Assembly: GCF_000010625.1 (NCBI RefSeq)
Contig: NC_010296.1
Coordinates: 600,001-632,000, forward strand
Source of the DNA: Microcystis aeruginosa NIES-843
GTDB lineage: Bacteria; Cyanobacteriota; Cyanobacteriia; Cyanobacteriales; Microcystaceae
Length of the DNA: 32,000 nt
Direction of reading: 5' to 3'
Below are positions 1-9,574 of the stretch, in pieces (position 1 is the first letter of the stretch; the number at the start of each line of letters is the position of its first letter). Below the pieces are notes generated by a model. The model ran no database searches. It saw only the letters and a program-made list of their open reading frames with translations, and had not been told where the DNA came from. The position numbers were made by a program, and so were the translations under genes.

Positions 1-521
1 GCCCGAAAAAACGCCTCAAAGCCGGTTCTGTGTTAAAGGTAGATACGGGGGCCTACTACCAAGGTTATCATGGGGATTCCTGTATCACGATCGCGATCGG
101 TTCCGTCTCTCCAAAAACCGAAAAATTAATCTGCGTGGCGGAAGAAGCTTTATATAAAGGCATAAATCAGGTAAAAGCGGGCAATTATCTGCTCGATATT
201 GCGGGAGCGATCGAAGATCACGTTCAAGCTAACGGTTTCCAGGTGGTAGAAGATTTTACTGGTCATGGAGTCGGCAGAAATCTCCACGAAGAACCCTCGG
301 TATTTAATTTTCGCACTAATCAGTTACCCAATGTCAAACTCCGCACCGGGATGACTCTGGCAATTGAACCAATTGTCAACGCGGGATCTAAACATACCAG
401 AACTTTGCGCGATCGTTGGACGGTGGTGACGATGGATAATGCTCTCTCCGCTCAGTTTGAGCATACTGTCTTAGTAACCGCCACGGGGTACGAAATCTTA
501 ACCGAGCGCAATAACCTATAA
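1..521 (+). CDS. map: Type I methionine aminopeptidase, C-terminal part (5' end lies outside the window)
   Basis: The frame is open from the window edge. It contains the MetAP metal-ligand regions ([43 protein letters not shown]). Confidence 0.9.
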   Translation, partial: PKKRLKAGSVLKVDTGAYYQGYHGDSCITIAIGSVSPKTEKLICVAEEALYKGINQVKAGNYLLDIAGAIEDHVQANGFQVVEDFTGHGVGRNLHEEPSVFNFRTNQLPNVKLRTGMTLAIEPIVNAGSKHTRTLRDRWTVVTMDNALSAQFEHTVLVTATGYEILTERNNL

Positions 522-611
522 AATTGTCTATCTAGGCATAATGGCAGAATCAAAGATTTTTTGCTCCGGAATCTTAATTGGAAGTTTGTTTAGCGGCAGG
601 ATTTAGTCAAA

Positions 612-1013
612 ATGTTTAAAAATATCGTTGTTGCCTTAGATTGTGGGGAATTATCGGATCGAGTCCTTGATTCCTTGAATTCCCTTTCTCTAACGGCAAA
701 TTCTTGCCTCATCCTCACCCATATCCTCGGCAAGGAGGGAGATGAATCGCCAGTTGATCGCCCTCACCCCTCCCGTGAGATCATTGAAGATCAATTGCGC
801 TGCTATCAATCCCAGATTGCTGCCCCTAGTGAAATCGAGGTCATCTTTGGTGATCCAGCGGAGGAAATTATTCGTTTAGCTAATATCTATCATGCTGATC
901 TGATCGTGATCGGCAGCCGGGGATTAACGGGAGTTCAACGGGTGATCGAAGATTCTGTTAGTAGTCTCGTGGTGGCAGAAGCTACCTGTTCAGTATTGGT
1001 GGTAAAAGCATAG
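612..1013 (+). CDS. Universal stress protein family (UspA-like) protein
   Basis: 133 aa. It opens with a Usp-type strand (IVVALD) and ends with the ATP-binding tail pattern DLIVIGSRGLTG...GSVS..V...A.CSVLVV. Confidence 0.75.
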   Translation: MFKNIVVALDCGELSDRVLDSLNSLSLTANSCLILTHILGKEGDESPVDRPHPSREIIEDQLRCYQSQIAAPSEIEVIFGDPAEEIIRLANIYHADLIVIGSRGLTGVQRVIEDSVSSLVVAEATCSVLVVKA

Positions 1014-1211
1014 CAGCCAGCATTCAGCTAGAAAAGGTACTCTGGCAAGAGTGCCTAAGTAGGGTTGGCTGAATAAATCTAAAAACCTTGTTAGATAAGG
1101 CTTTTAGACTTTTTTGACCTCAAAAAGTGCTGACCATTGGAGTGATCGGGGGTAAAATTCTGGGACTTTTTCCCTGAAAATTAGGTAACTTACTACCTCA
1201 AAATCGGTAAA

Positions 1212-1271
1212 ACCCCACACCCCACACCCCACACCCTGCACCCACGAAAAACTTTTTGCCGCAAACCCTAA
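1212..1271 (-). repeat. Dispersed ~60-bp repeat, copy 1 (inverted): GGGTTTGCGGCAAAAAGTTT core plus a G-rich GGGGTGT heptamer tail
   Basis: The reverse complement reads CTTAGGGTTTGCGGCAAAAAGTTTTTCGTGGGTGCAGGGTGTGGGGTGTGGGGTGTGGGG. It aligns by eye to 8883-8943 and 10646-10697. Confidence 0.8.
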
Positions 1272-1664
1272 GTAGTCTTGAGCATCACTACGGATTAAAA
1301 TTTGCAAATCTTATTTTTCCCCAATGTTTTCCCCCATACATTCCCCGGTATTTCCCCACTCACTCCCAAGTTTTCCACAGTTTACCCAGACTTTTCCACA
1401 GGCAACAGCGATAGAATCGGCACTTGCTTCTAGAAAAAATTAATCTTGATTGTCAAAATTCCCATCGATAGATACTGAGTTATTGTTAAGTTGAGTAAAT
1501 AAAATCTAGCTCTAACCCTTATTCCCTCGTAAATATTAAGTTTTTCTAAAGCATTCCTTTACATCTGGTAATATTGCAACTCCCCCCAACTTGGCTCACA
1601 ATAGTCCTTACTGTCCACTGCACCAGTCAGGGATTTCCCCACTTCAGATTTAGAGGTAAACGAT

Positions 1665-1889
1665 ATGAATACATCAGTCAGTATCTTGGCAGAAATCCCC
1701 GAAATCCTCCACCAATCCCTACAACAATATCTAGAAACTCACCCCGGTTGGGATCAAGATGGTGTGTTTACGGCGGCTCTATCATTTTTTCTACTTAATT
1801 GTCAATCCTCCGAAAGGATGAATTTTGAGGAGCAAAATAGCTGTGCCAAGGTTTATCTAGAAACTTTGTTCCAGCGCTCGGAGTGCTAA
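1665..1889 (+). CDS. Small conserved cyanobacterial protein (DUF2811-like, by recollection)
   Basis: 74-aa ORF (ILAEIPEILHQSLQQYLETHPGWDQDGVFTAALSFFLL) just upstream of pth. The family name is from memory, not a search. Confidence 0.45.
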   Translation: MNTSVSILAEIPEILHQSLQQYLETHPGWDQDGVFTAALSFFLLNCQSSERMNFEEQNSCAKVYLETLFQRSEC

Positions 1890-1938
1890 TTCGGGGATAA
1901 TAAGAGTCGGGTCATGGTTAAAAACCCGATTTTCCCCT

Positions 1939-2565
1939 ATGAATTCCGATAAAACCCCTAATTTAATCATTCCTCAGCTAATTATCGGTTTGGGTAATCC
2001 CGAACCCAAATATGATCGCACCCGTCATAATATCGGTTTTGAAGCTGTGGACTCATTAGCACGGGATTGGGGGCTATCTTGGCAGGAAAACAAGCGATTT
2101 CAAGGTTTTATTGCCGAAGGTGACAGTCCTCTCCCGGGCAAAATTCGTCTCTTGAAACCCCAAACCTATATGAATCGCTCCGGGCAATCGGTGCGATCGG
2201 TGCTGGACTGGTATAAACTAGCTCCAGAGTCGATTTTAGTCATTTACGATGATATGGATCTGCCCCTAGGCCGGTTGAGAATCCGTCTATCGGGATCGGC
2301 TGGCGGACACAACGGTATTAAATCAATGATTGCCCACGTTGGCACGGAAAACTTCGCTCGTTTACGCATAGGAATCGGTAAATCAACCGAAAAAGCGACA
2401 ATTTCCCACGTTTTAGGCCGATTCACCCCCCAAGAAAACGAAGTCATCTTGAAAGTGTTAGACTTGTCCAGAAAAGCGATCGAACTTGGTCTCAAACAAG
2501 GGTTACAAAAGGCAATGAGTCTCTACAATAATCAAAGTGTAGAGATTGGTTCTGATCTATGCTGA
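1939..2565 (+). CDS. pth: Peptidyl-tRNA hydrolase
   Basis: Carries the Pth hallmarks LIIGLGNPEPKYDRTRHNIGF, KPQTYMNRSG, DDMDLPLGRLRIR and GSAGGHNGIKS. Confidence 0.95.
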   Translation: MNSDKTPNLIIPQLIIGLGNPEPKYDRTRHNIGFEAVDSLARDWGLSWQENKRFQGFIAEGDSPLPGKIRLLKPQTYMNRSGQSVRSVLDWYKLAPESILVIYDDMDLPLGRLRIRLSGSAGGHNGIKSMIAHVGTENFARLRIGIGKSTEKATISHVLGRFTPQENEVILKVLDLSRKAIELGLKQGLQKAMSLYNNQSVEIGSDLC

Positions 2566-2699
2566 TAGCAAATAAGCCTGATTTTAGTAATGGTTATAAT
2601 AGCCATTTTCGTCTATACTCTTACAGAACCCTCGGTCAAATTTTGATCGCCCTTTGCTAGATTAGGTCAATTTTTATCCTCGATATTAGCAGTTTAAGT

Positions 2700-5027
2700 A
2701 TGATTAATCGCCAAAGTTTGCTGAGATTCGCCCACAAGTTTAATCTCATTTTATTGATAATCGCTACAGTTTTTTGTCTTTGGAGTAATGCTGCTTTTGC
2801 CCATCGTCCCCATGATGTAATTAGTCAATTGGAAGTTTCTCCCGATTTCCAGACAGATAATACAGTATATATCTTGGTGCGAAATAACTTTTATAAGTCT
2901 AGGGATGGAGGCAGCAACTGGACAAGATTAATTCAAGGTTTAGATTATACGGGGGAATTAAGTTCCCTCTCCCTATCTCCCCTCAATAAAAATATTCTCT
3001 ATTTAGCTTCAAGATCCGATGGTATTTATAAAAGTGAAGATGCGGGGGAATCTTGGCAGAAAGTTAATCAGGGTTTAGAAACTAAATTTATTAACTTCCT
3101 AGAAATTGCCCCTTCCGATCCCAATATAGTAGCGGCAGTGGGATTAGAAAAAGGGGTTTATTTAACCGAAGATGGCGGTAAAAATTGGTCAAATATTTTC
3201 CCCACCACGGCACTGATAACCTCTCTAGCTATTACTCCCAACAATCCCGATCGAATTTTTTTCGGGGATGAACAGGGTAAATTATACAGTTCCTCCGATG
3301 GGGGGAAAACTTGGCAGAATCTCCCCTTACCTGCTAATGTGGGGGCAGTGGATACAATTGCTTTTTCTCCTAATCTAGACAGCGACAAAACCTTTTTTGT
3401 CGGCACAAAAGAAGCGGGTATTTTTAAAACCGTTGATGATGGTAAAACCTTCCAAGTTGTTAACGAAGGAATTAAGGATAAAATCATCGAAGACATCGTT
3501 ATTTCTCCCCAGTATGCCCAAAATTCAACCCTTTATGCCATCACTTGGTATGAGGGAATGTATGTTTCGCAAGATGGGGGCAAAAGTTGGACAAAAATGA
3601 GCGAGGGTTTAACCAAAGACAAACAGGCTGATGATTATAAAGTTCCCCATTTTATGGATTTAAAAATAGTTCAAGATACGATGTTTTTAGGGGGATTTAA
3701 TGGCTTATTTAAAACCACAGATAGCGGCAAACAATGGCAGGAAATAGAAACTTTAGCCCGGGGAACAGTTATCGCCATGGCGGTTTCTCCTAATTATGCC
3801 GAGGATGGCACTGTCGTCATGGCTAATTATGTAGGCAATATCTTCATCAGTCGGGATAAAGGGGAAACTTGGACACCAATTAATCGCGGTTTAGAGGTTT
3901 ATCGACTTGGGAAAGATCCCGAAGAATCAGGACAAGATCCCCGGCGTTTCTTTGACATTGCCTTTTCTCCTAACTATGGAGAAGATAGAACTATTTTTGC
4001 GGGGTTTTTACGCAATAAATTTGCCAAATCCGATAACAGTGGTGATTTCTGGAAAATTATCGAAATCGATGAAGGAGTCCGCGGTCCGAGGATAGTTCCT
4101 TCCCCAGATTTTGCCAAGGATAAAACTCTTTTTCTCACCAATCAGCAGGGGAGAATATTTCGTTCTACTGATGGAGGAAATACGGTTAAAAATATCAGTG
4201 AAGTGGGCAGAATTTCCGGTAATTATGCCCCTGCCATGGTAGCTTCCCCTGATTTTGCTAAGGATAAAACTTTGTTTGTCACGGGAAAAGAGGGTATTTA
4301 TCAAAGTGTTGATGGTGGACTAACTTGGAAAAATGTCAGCCAAGGAACACCTCTATCAAAAACCCCTAATGTGCAGTTGGCAATGTCTCCCAATTATCCC
4401 AGTGATGGAACTATTTTTGCTGGGACAATTTCTGGTTTGTTTGTCACCAAAGATGGGGCTAAAAGTTGGACAAAATTAGAGAAACCAGGGTTTAATCCGC
4501 AGGCATCAGTAGAAACCATTGCTATCTCTCCTGATTATGCTAATGATCGCACGGTAATAGTTAGTTTACAGGGAAATGGCTTGTTTAAATCTACCGATGG
4601 AGGAGAAACTTTTAAATCAATTGGTGATCCTAAAATACCCCTAGTGAAAATTCATAGTATCCCTTCCTCTGGTATCTCCGTCCAGTTTTCTCCTAATTAC
4701 GCTCAAGATAAAACTTTATTCGGTTTTGGTGGCGCTAAAACTACAGTTTTTCGTTCCACCGATGGGGGAGAAACTTGGACAAGTGTAACTATTCCTCCTC
4801 ACGCAGAAGAAAATACACCCCGCTATAAAATCGGTGAGTTTTTCTCTGGTCCCCTTGGCACAATCTTGCGCGTGGTTATCCCGATTCTCCTAGCAATCGC
4901 CGCTTATTTTCTGGTGGGTTTCTTGAAACTGGAGAAAGTTATTAATCTTCCTAAATCCTTCTTCCGCATGGCAGGGGCATTTATGGTTTTTCTGTTTGTT
5001 TTCTTCGCTATCATTAGCCAAGTTTAG
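2700..5027 (+). CDS. BNR/Asp-box repeat beta-propeller protein (Ycf48-like/sialidase-like repeats) with an N-terminal signal and C-terminal TM anchors
   Basis: About 14 Asp-box motifs (S/T-x-D-x-G-x-T/S-W/F, e.g. SRDGGSNWT, SSDGGKTWQ, STDGGETWT). They alternate with roughly 10 SP(D/N)(F/Y)AxDxT(L/I)F motifs. The N-terminus is hydrophobic and the tail has two hydrophobic helices. Confidence 0.75.
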   Translation: MINRQSLLRFAHKFNLILLIIATVFCLWSNAAFAHRPHDVISQLEVSPDFQTDNTVYILVRNNFYKSRDGGSNWTRLIQGLDYTGELSSLSLSPLNKNILYLASRSDGIYKSEDAGESWQKVNQGLETKFINFLEIAPSDPNIVAAVGLEKGVYLTEDGGKNWSNIFPTTALITSLAITPNNPDRIFFGDEQGKLYSSSDGGKTWQNLPLPANVGAVDTIAFSPNLDSDKTFFVGTKEAGIFKTVDDGKTFQVVNEGIKDKIIEDIVISPQYAQNSTLYAITWYEGMYVSQDGGKSWTKMSEGLTKDKQADDYKVPHFMDLKIVQDTMFLGGFNGLFKTTDSGKQWQEIETLARGTVIAMAVSPNYAEDGTVVMANYVGNIFISRDKGETWTPINRGLEVYRLGKDPEESGQDPRRFFDIAFSPNYGEDRTIFAGFLRNKFAKSDNSGDFWKIIEIDEGVRGPRIVPSPDFAKDKTLFLTNQQGRIFRSTDGGNTVKNISEVGRISGNYAPAMVASPDFAKDKTLFVTGKEGIYQSVDGGLTWKNVSQGTPLSKTPNVQLAMSPNYPSDGTIFAGTISGLFVTKDGAKSWTKLEKPGFNPQASVETIAISPDYANDRTVIVSLQGNGLFKSTDGGETFKSIGDPKIPLVKIHSIPSSGISVQFSPNYAQDKTLFGFGGAKTTVFRSTDGGETWTSVTIPPHAEENTPRYKIGEFFSGPLGTILRVVIPILLAIAAYFLVGFLKLEKVINLPKSFFRMAGAFMVFLFVFFAIISQV

Positions 5028-5040
5028 CGGAAATTTTCAC

Positions 5041-5065
5041 CGGCGGGGCTTGACAAATCCCGCCG
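5041..5065. terminator. GC-rich hairpin between convergent genes (possible bidirectional terminator)
   Basis: CGGCGGG (5041-5047) pairs with CCCGCCG (5059-5065) around an 11-nt loop. It lies between the BNR gene stop and the fumC stop. There is no clear U-tract. Confidence 0.35.
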
Positions 5066-5147
5066 CTTGCCTTATGCTTATATATATAATGGGAATCCGT
5101 GCCTGCCTGCGACCTCTGATTTTTACGGTAGTCAACCCCTCAGAGAA

Positions 5148-6551
5148 TTAACCATCGGCAACGTAGGGATTGACCATCTTAGCGGGGTCAACAATGCGAT
5201 CAAAATCCGCTTCCTTGATGTATCCCAGTTGCAAGGCTGCCACTTTCAGGGTTAAATCCTTTTCTAGGGCATAATGAGCGACGTAGGCAGCCTTTTGGTA
5301 GCCAATCACGGGACTTAAGGCAGTCACCAGCATCAAGGATTGATTTAAAAAAGTCTCAATTTGTTTTTGATTAGCAGTCATCCCCTTAACCAAAAACTGA
5401 CAGAAATTAGCGCAACCATCAGTGAGCAAACGGATAGACTGCATGAGATTATGAATCAACAGCGGTTTATAGACATTCATTTCCAGATGTCCTCCGGCGC
5501 CTCCCATCGTCACCGCTAAATCATTAGCCATCACCTGCAATGCTATCATCGATAAAGCTTCGCATTGGGTGGGATTAACTTTCCCCGGCATAATTGAAGA
5601 ACCCGGTTCGTTTTCCGGCAGCTGTAATTCTCCTAATCCACAACGGGGACCACAGCTAAGTAAACGGATATCATTAGCAATTTTATACAGGGAACTAGCG
5701 ATAGTTTTCAATCCCCCGCTCAAGAAAACTAGAGCATCGTGGGAACCTTGCACGGTAAACTTATTAGGGGCGGTAATAAAAGGTAATTTGGTCAGATTAG
5801 CGATTTCGGCAGCCACATCTCGATCAAAATCTGGGGGAGCATTAATTCCCGTACCGACGGCAGTTCCTCCCAAGGATAAACGATAGACTTTTTCTAGACA
5901 TTTTTCTAGCCAATCGCTGCCATCATCCAATAAACCCACATAACCGGAGAATTCTTGTCCGAGGGTTAAAGGGGTGGCATCCTGTAGGTGAGTGCGACCA
6001 ATTTTAACTATATTTGCCCATAATTGCGCCTTTTCATCGAGACTATTCCGTAATAGTTGCAGACTGGGAATTAATTTTTCCTTGACTGCCAAGGCAACGG
6101 CAATATACATGGCCGAGGGAAAGGAATCATTAGTCGATTGGGACATATTAACATGATCGTTGGGATCCACGGGAGTTTTGCTACCCAGAGGATTCCCCGT
6201 CAGTTGACTACAACGATTGGAGATGACTTCGTTGATGTTCATGTTAAACTGGGTGCCACTTCCCGTCATCCAAACGTAGAGGGGAAAGTTATCTGCGTGT
6301 TGTCCGGCTAAAATTTCATCGCAGACTTGACAGATAAGGTTTTTTCTCTCCTGACTGAGACGATTTTTTTGCTGATTGACAATCGCACAGGCTTTTTTGA
6401 GAATGGCATAGGACCCGATCATCTCCCGGGGCATGAGATTATCACCGATACTAAAGTATTGTAGGGATCTTTGGGTCTGCGCTCCCCAAAGTTTATCGGC
6501 AGGGACGGGAATTTCTCCCATGCTGTCTTTCTCGATGCGAAATTCTGTCAT
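5148..6551 (-). CDS. fumC: Class II fumarate hydratase
   Basis: The N-terminus [27 protein letters not shown] and the signature [16 protein letters not shown] match FumC rather than the AspA variant. Confidence 0.9.
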   Translation of the reverse strand: MTEFRIEKDSMGEIPVPADKLWGAQTQRSLQYFSIGDNLMPREMIGSYAILKKACAIVNQQKNRLSQERKNLICQVCDEILAGQHADNFPLYVWMTGSGTQFNMNINEVISNRCSQLTGNPLGSKTPVDPNDHVNMSQSTNDSFPSAMYIAVALAVKEKLIPSLQLLRNSLDEKAQLWANIVKIGRTHLQDATPLTLGQEFSGYVGLLDDGSDWLEKCLEKVYRLSLGGTAVGTGINAPPDFDRDVAAEIANLTKLPFITAPNKFTVQGSHDALVFLSGGLKTIASSLYKIANDIRLLSCGPRCGLGELQLPENEPGSSIMPGKVNPTQCEALSMIALQVMANDLAVTMGGAGGHLEMNVYKPLLIHNLMQSIRLLTDGCANFCQFLVKGMTANQKQIETFLNQSLMLVTALSPVIGYQKAAYVAHYALEKDLTLKVAALQLGYIKEADFDRIVDPAKMVNPYVADG

Positions 6552-6794
6552 CTTTTAAGTTACTTCTGCATCTGGCCTGAAAAGAGAGGGTCTCCAGGGC
6601 GACACGGATCCCCATTATAAGAAAAGTATAAGTCAAGTCTGGCTGGTTTGTCAAGCCCTATCGGGACTTTTTATTGGCGGCATTTTTACCCGGGAGGTTG
6701 ACAAGAATAACTGGCAGGGTGCTGGGGCGATTATGAGACAAAAACTGTTATATTTTAGGGAAGATAATCGGTAAAAAAGACGGGATTGGAGACT

Positions 6795-7082
6795 ATGGAC
6801 ACAGCGATCGCATTAAGTTGGACATTGGCAATTATCTTAGGGTTGATGACCCTTTTGTTTATCTTACGGATCGTGCTGACTTGGAATCCACAGGTAGATT
6901 TAAATAGCTTTCCCTTTAATATTATTGCCTGGCCCACAGAACCTTTTTTAATCCCCGTGCGTAAACTCATACCCCCCTTAGGAGGAGTTGACATTTCTCC
7001 AATTATTTGGGTGGGAATTTGTACGCTGCTGCGGGAAATTCTTCTCGGTCAACAGGGTTTAATTACCATGGCCTTAAAATAA
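6795..7082 (+). CDS. YggT/Ycf19 family membrane protein
   Basis: LRIVLTWNPQ...PFNIIAWPTEPFLIPVRKLIPPLGGVDISPIIW is the YggT pattern. The ATG at 6795 is preferred over the upstream TTG at 6786. Confidence 0.8.
   Translation: MDTAIALSWTLAIILGLMTLLFILRIVLTWNPQVDLNSFPFNIIAWPTEPFLIPVRKLIPPLGGVDISPIIWVGICTLLREILLGQQGLITMALK
6804..6811. repeat. HIP1 site (GCGATCGC), a cyanobacterial highly iterated palindrome
   Basis: Exact GCGATCGC here and also at 8407-8414, 21494-21501 and 26245-26252. Many one-off variants occur elsewhere. Confidence 0.7.
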
Positions 7083-7086
7083 TTAT

Positions 7087-8247
7087 TCACGCAACTAGAA
7101 TATGCTGACATAATTTATGTTCTAACTCTCGTTCCTGTTCTTCTAGGGTAATAATCGCCTGTTTGATAATACTTTTAACATCCATACCTTGGTCGTATTG
7201 TTTTAACCATTGTTGTGCAGTGTTACCTTCGCGGAGGATTTTTTGTAGGGGAGAGAGGAAACAACTAAAACCCTTTTCTTTAGCGATCGGATAAACTTGA
7301 ACATAGAGGTCTTTAATCCAATCCCTAGCTAAGATTTCTCGGCCATCGTACCAATGTCTCAGGGTGGCATCAAGACTAAAACGAGCGGCAGCCTGTTCGT
7401 TTTCTTGGGTTAAAGTTAATAAATCCTCGCTGCGATTGCTGCTGGGTAATTGACTTAAAATTAAGGGGTCTAATTGGGGAGCTTGTAAAAGTTGAGTTAA
7501 ACGGGCCTCTAAAAAAGCCATAACTGCTAATAAACTAATAGGATTAGCAATCAGGTCACAAATTCGCAATTCTAGACGATTGAGATTATAGGGACGATTG
7601 CTACCGTTAGGACGTACCGACACCCAGAGATGACGAACATTCTGCATCGTACCGAGTTTTAATTGTTCCTCGGTCCAAGTGACAAAATGTTGATGACTTT
7701 CAAAGAGGGGAACATAAGCGGGAGTTTGGGGGAAAACTTGCCAACGACGGGAATGGGAACCGGTGATTTTACCGTCGAGAAAGGGAGAAGAAGCACTTAA
7801 AGCCAAGTATAAAGGAGCTTCTAGGCGAATTAAGCGACAGGCACGCATTAAATCCTCATAATCGCTAATACCGACGTTAATATGAATACTGGCCGTGACT
7901 ACATTAGTGCCGTAGGTCTGTTCAATATAGTCATGATAGGGATTGTGGGGGTCACTGCGATAAAAATGTTGACTATCGCCCAAGGAGAGGGTACTGCCAG
8001 GGATGAGGGTATAATCGCCTAAACGACGCAAATATCGCCGTAGAGCGAGACGAGGTTTTAAAGTAGCGCATAAAAGACGGTCATAGTTAGTCATGGGAGC
8101 CGTAGTATATTCTACGTTACGACTATCCGGTTCCCGGACAAAACCATCTAAATCCTTGACAATGCGATCGGATAAACCGATAATTTCTCCGGCTGCTGTT
8201 CCGGTGTACATTTCCACTTCAAAACCTTTACTTAGGAGCATCGTCAA
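7087..8247 (-). CDS. gshA: Glutamate--cysteine ligase, cyanobacterial type (GCS2 family)
   Basis: LLSKGFEVEMYTGT start, then EPDSRNVEYTTAP, VVTASIHINVG, EAPLYLALSASSPF and NRLELRICD. The call is from recollection of cyanobacterial GshA. Confidence 0.65.
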   Translation of the reverse strand: MTMLLSKGFEVEMYTGTAAGEIIGLSDRIVKDLDGFVREPDSRNVEYTTAPMTNYDRLLCATLKPRLALRRYLRRLGDYTLIPGSTLSLGDSQHFYRSDPHNPYHDYIEQTYGTNVVTASIHINVGISDYEDLMRACRLIRLEAPLYLALSASSPFLDGKITGSHSRRWQVFPQTPAYVPLFESHQHFVTWTEEQLKLGTMQNVRHLWVSVRPNGSNRPYNLNRLELRICDLIANPISLLAVMAFLEARLTQLLQAPQLDPLILSQLPSSNRSEDLLTLTQENEQAAARFSLDATLRHWYDGREILARDWIKDLYVQVYPIAKEKGFSCFLSPLQKILREGNTAQQWLKQYDQGMDVKSIIKQAIITLEEQERELEHKLCQHILVA

Positions 8248-8280
8248 TTCACCTTGCTGTGTCTATTTTGTAGTGTGACA

Positions 8281-8673
8281 TTATTTGGACTGTAAATGAC
8301 GTTCGATCAGCAGAATCGCCACTATATCATCAATGGGGCGATCGGGAAGACGCATACCTTGGGGGATGAGTTTCTGTAATCCTTTGGGGGGGAACATTTG
8401 CCAATAGCGATCGCGCGCTTCTAGGGTACTATTGCGTTCATCTACTAGAGTAATCGGGATGGTGATACGAGCGGCAATTTTTTGGCGCCAACTTTTCGAG
8501 GTGGTTTGGTTCCCCATCACCAATAATTCGAGCGGATATTGTTGACAGAGACTAGCTAAACGCTCGATCGCTTGTGACGATGCTATCACCTCATGGGTAT
8601 AAATTTTCCCCGTCGATGACCTGACCGCGATCCCACATTTATCCTTACCCGGATCAAAACCGAGAATACACAT
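8281..8673 (-). CDS. YqgF/RuvX-like RNase H-fold nuclease (putative pre-16S rRNA nuclease / resolvase-like)
   Basis: ILGFDPGKDKCGIAV at the N-terminus and VDERNSTLEA resemble the RuvX motifs LGLDxGxxRxGxA and DERxTTxxA. Confidence 0.6.
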   Translation of the reverse strand: MCILGFDPGKDKCGIAVRSSTGKIYTHEVIASSQAIERLASLCQQYPLELLVMGNQTTSKSWRQKIAARITIPITLVDERNSTLEARDRYWQMFPPKGLQKLIPQGMRLPDRPIDDIVAILLIERHLQSK

Positions 8674-8882
8674 AGTTTTTATCTCCTGCAGCAGTGGTCG
8701 GTTTTATTAAATCACTAAATTAGGGTCTTGGGTGTTGGGGTTTTAGCAGGGTAAGCGCATCTGAACAATCCTTGACAAAATTAACTTTATGTGAGTTGCT
8801 TACCCACGATTCAGGCATATTTGAGGAGAATTTGCCATCTCAATTGTTAAGCAAAAATCGACCAAATGGGTCGAGTTCATGA

Positions 8883-8943
8883 CTAGGGTTTGCGGCAAAA
8901 AGTTTCTCCTGGGGGGAGGGTGTGGGGTGTAGGGTGTAGGGTT
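8883..8943 (+). repeat. Dispersed ~60-bp repeat, copy 2
   Basis: CTAGGGTTTGCGGCAAAAAGTTTCTCCTGGGGGGAGGGTGTGGGGTGTAGGGTGTAGGGTT. Confidence 0.8.
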
Positions 8944-8973
8944 ATAACCAAGCATCACCTATATAGCACAAAT

Positions 8974-9381
8974 TTACTGAGTAGATAAAAATAAACTTGA
9001 GTCAACGTGAAAAAACTGTCCTAACTTTACAGCTTGTTTTTCTGTTATTATTTGTTGGCCAATAAGAATATCAGAAACTATTGTTTTTGAACCTAGTATA
9101 TCTGATAAATCTTTTTCTTGTAAGTTGTTAGCTTCCATGAGTTCCCAGAGTATTGAATGGGGTTCTGATTCTTCAAGGGGATAATGATCTTGTTCGTATT
9201 TTTCGATTAAAGTCAAGAGTAAATTTAACAAGGTGGTTTCTTCTAGACTGCGATTTTCTCGATGAGATAAGGCCTCAGCTAGGTTAATAGCCTGTTCGTT
9301 TTCTGCATCGTTTTCTATTACTTTTGGTAGATACTCGGCTAGTAACCTTCCGTAGGTATCACGGTTCAAAGTAAGGGTCAT
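8974..9381 (-). CDS. higA: HigA-type HTH antitoxin (intact)
   Basis: The C-terminal HTH (LQEKDLSDILGSKTIVSDILIGQQIITEKQAVKLGQFFHVDSSLFL) matches the HigA/XRE pattern. The ATG at 9381 is preceded by GAGGGG; the ORF track start at 9402 is also possible. Confidence 0.7.
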   Translation of the reverse strand: MTLTLNRDTYGRLLAEYLPKVIENDAENEQAINLAEALSHRENRSLEETTLLNLLLTLIEKYEQDHYPLEESEPHSILWELMEANNLQEKDLSDILGSKTIVSDILIGQQIITEKQAVKLGQFFHVDSSLFLSTQ

Positions 9382-9574
9382 TTTTCCCCTCATCTTTGTC
9401 ATACTCCGCGTGAGTCAAAATGTACTTGATGTAAATTATTTGATCTTTGTAAACGATATCTACTGGCTCCGGTCGTGCCGGCAAGAAATAACCCACCGTC
9501 TGACCCTGGCAAGTGACGGCGATGGGAGTAGTAGAACTCAAATATTTGGCGAGATGATCCTGGAATTCTCCCAT
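9359..9574 (-). pseudogene. Chimeric ORF: Phd/YefM-like antitoxin N-terminus (44 aa) fused to the last ~27 codons of a HigB-type toxin
   Basis: MGEFQDHLAKYLSSTTPIAVTCQGQTVGYFLPARPEP is a near-identical copy of the ORF at 11921-12175. The tail VYKDQIIYIKYILTHAEYDK is the conserved HigB C-terminus. The ORF sits directly upstream of, and overlaps, higA. Confidence 0.65.

Noticed and set aside
1104-1307. 67-aa ORF
   Set aside because: It runs straight through the G/C-rich dispersed repeat (GVGCGVWG is encoded by heptamers). It has no recognisable family features.
1574-1798. 74-aa ORF overlapping the DUF2811-like gene
   Set aside because: It is an alternative frame of the same region with Pro/Arg-rich composition. 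The 1665-1889 frame has the conserved-looking sequence.
3158-3496. Antisense or overlapping ORFs inside long genes (also 2244-2495, 3397-3600, 4008-4304, 5569-5886, 13886-14237, 14358-14564, 15417-15659, 17437-17619, 20065-20283, 22198-22398, 23786-23989, 25192-25956, 27762-27944)
   Set aside because: Each lies within a CDS that has strong family motifs on the other frame or strand. They show biased, low-complexity composition and no motifs of their own.
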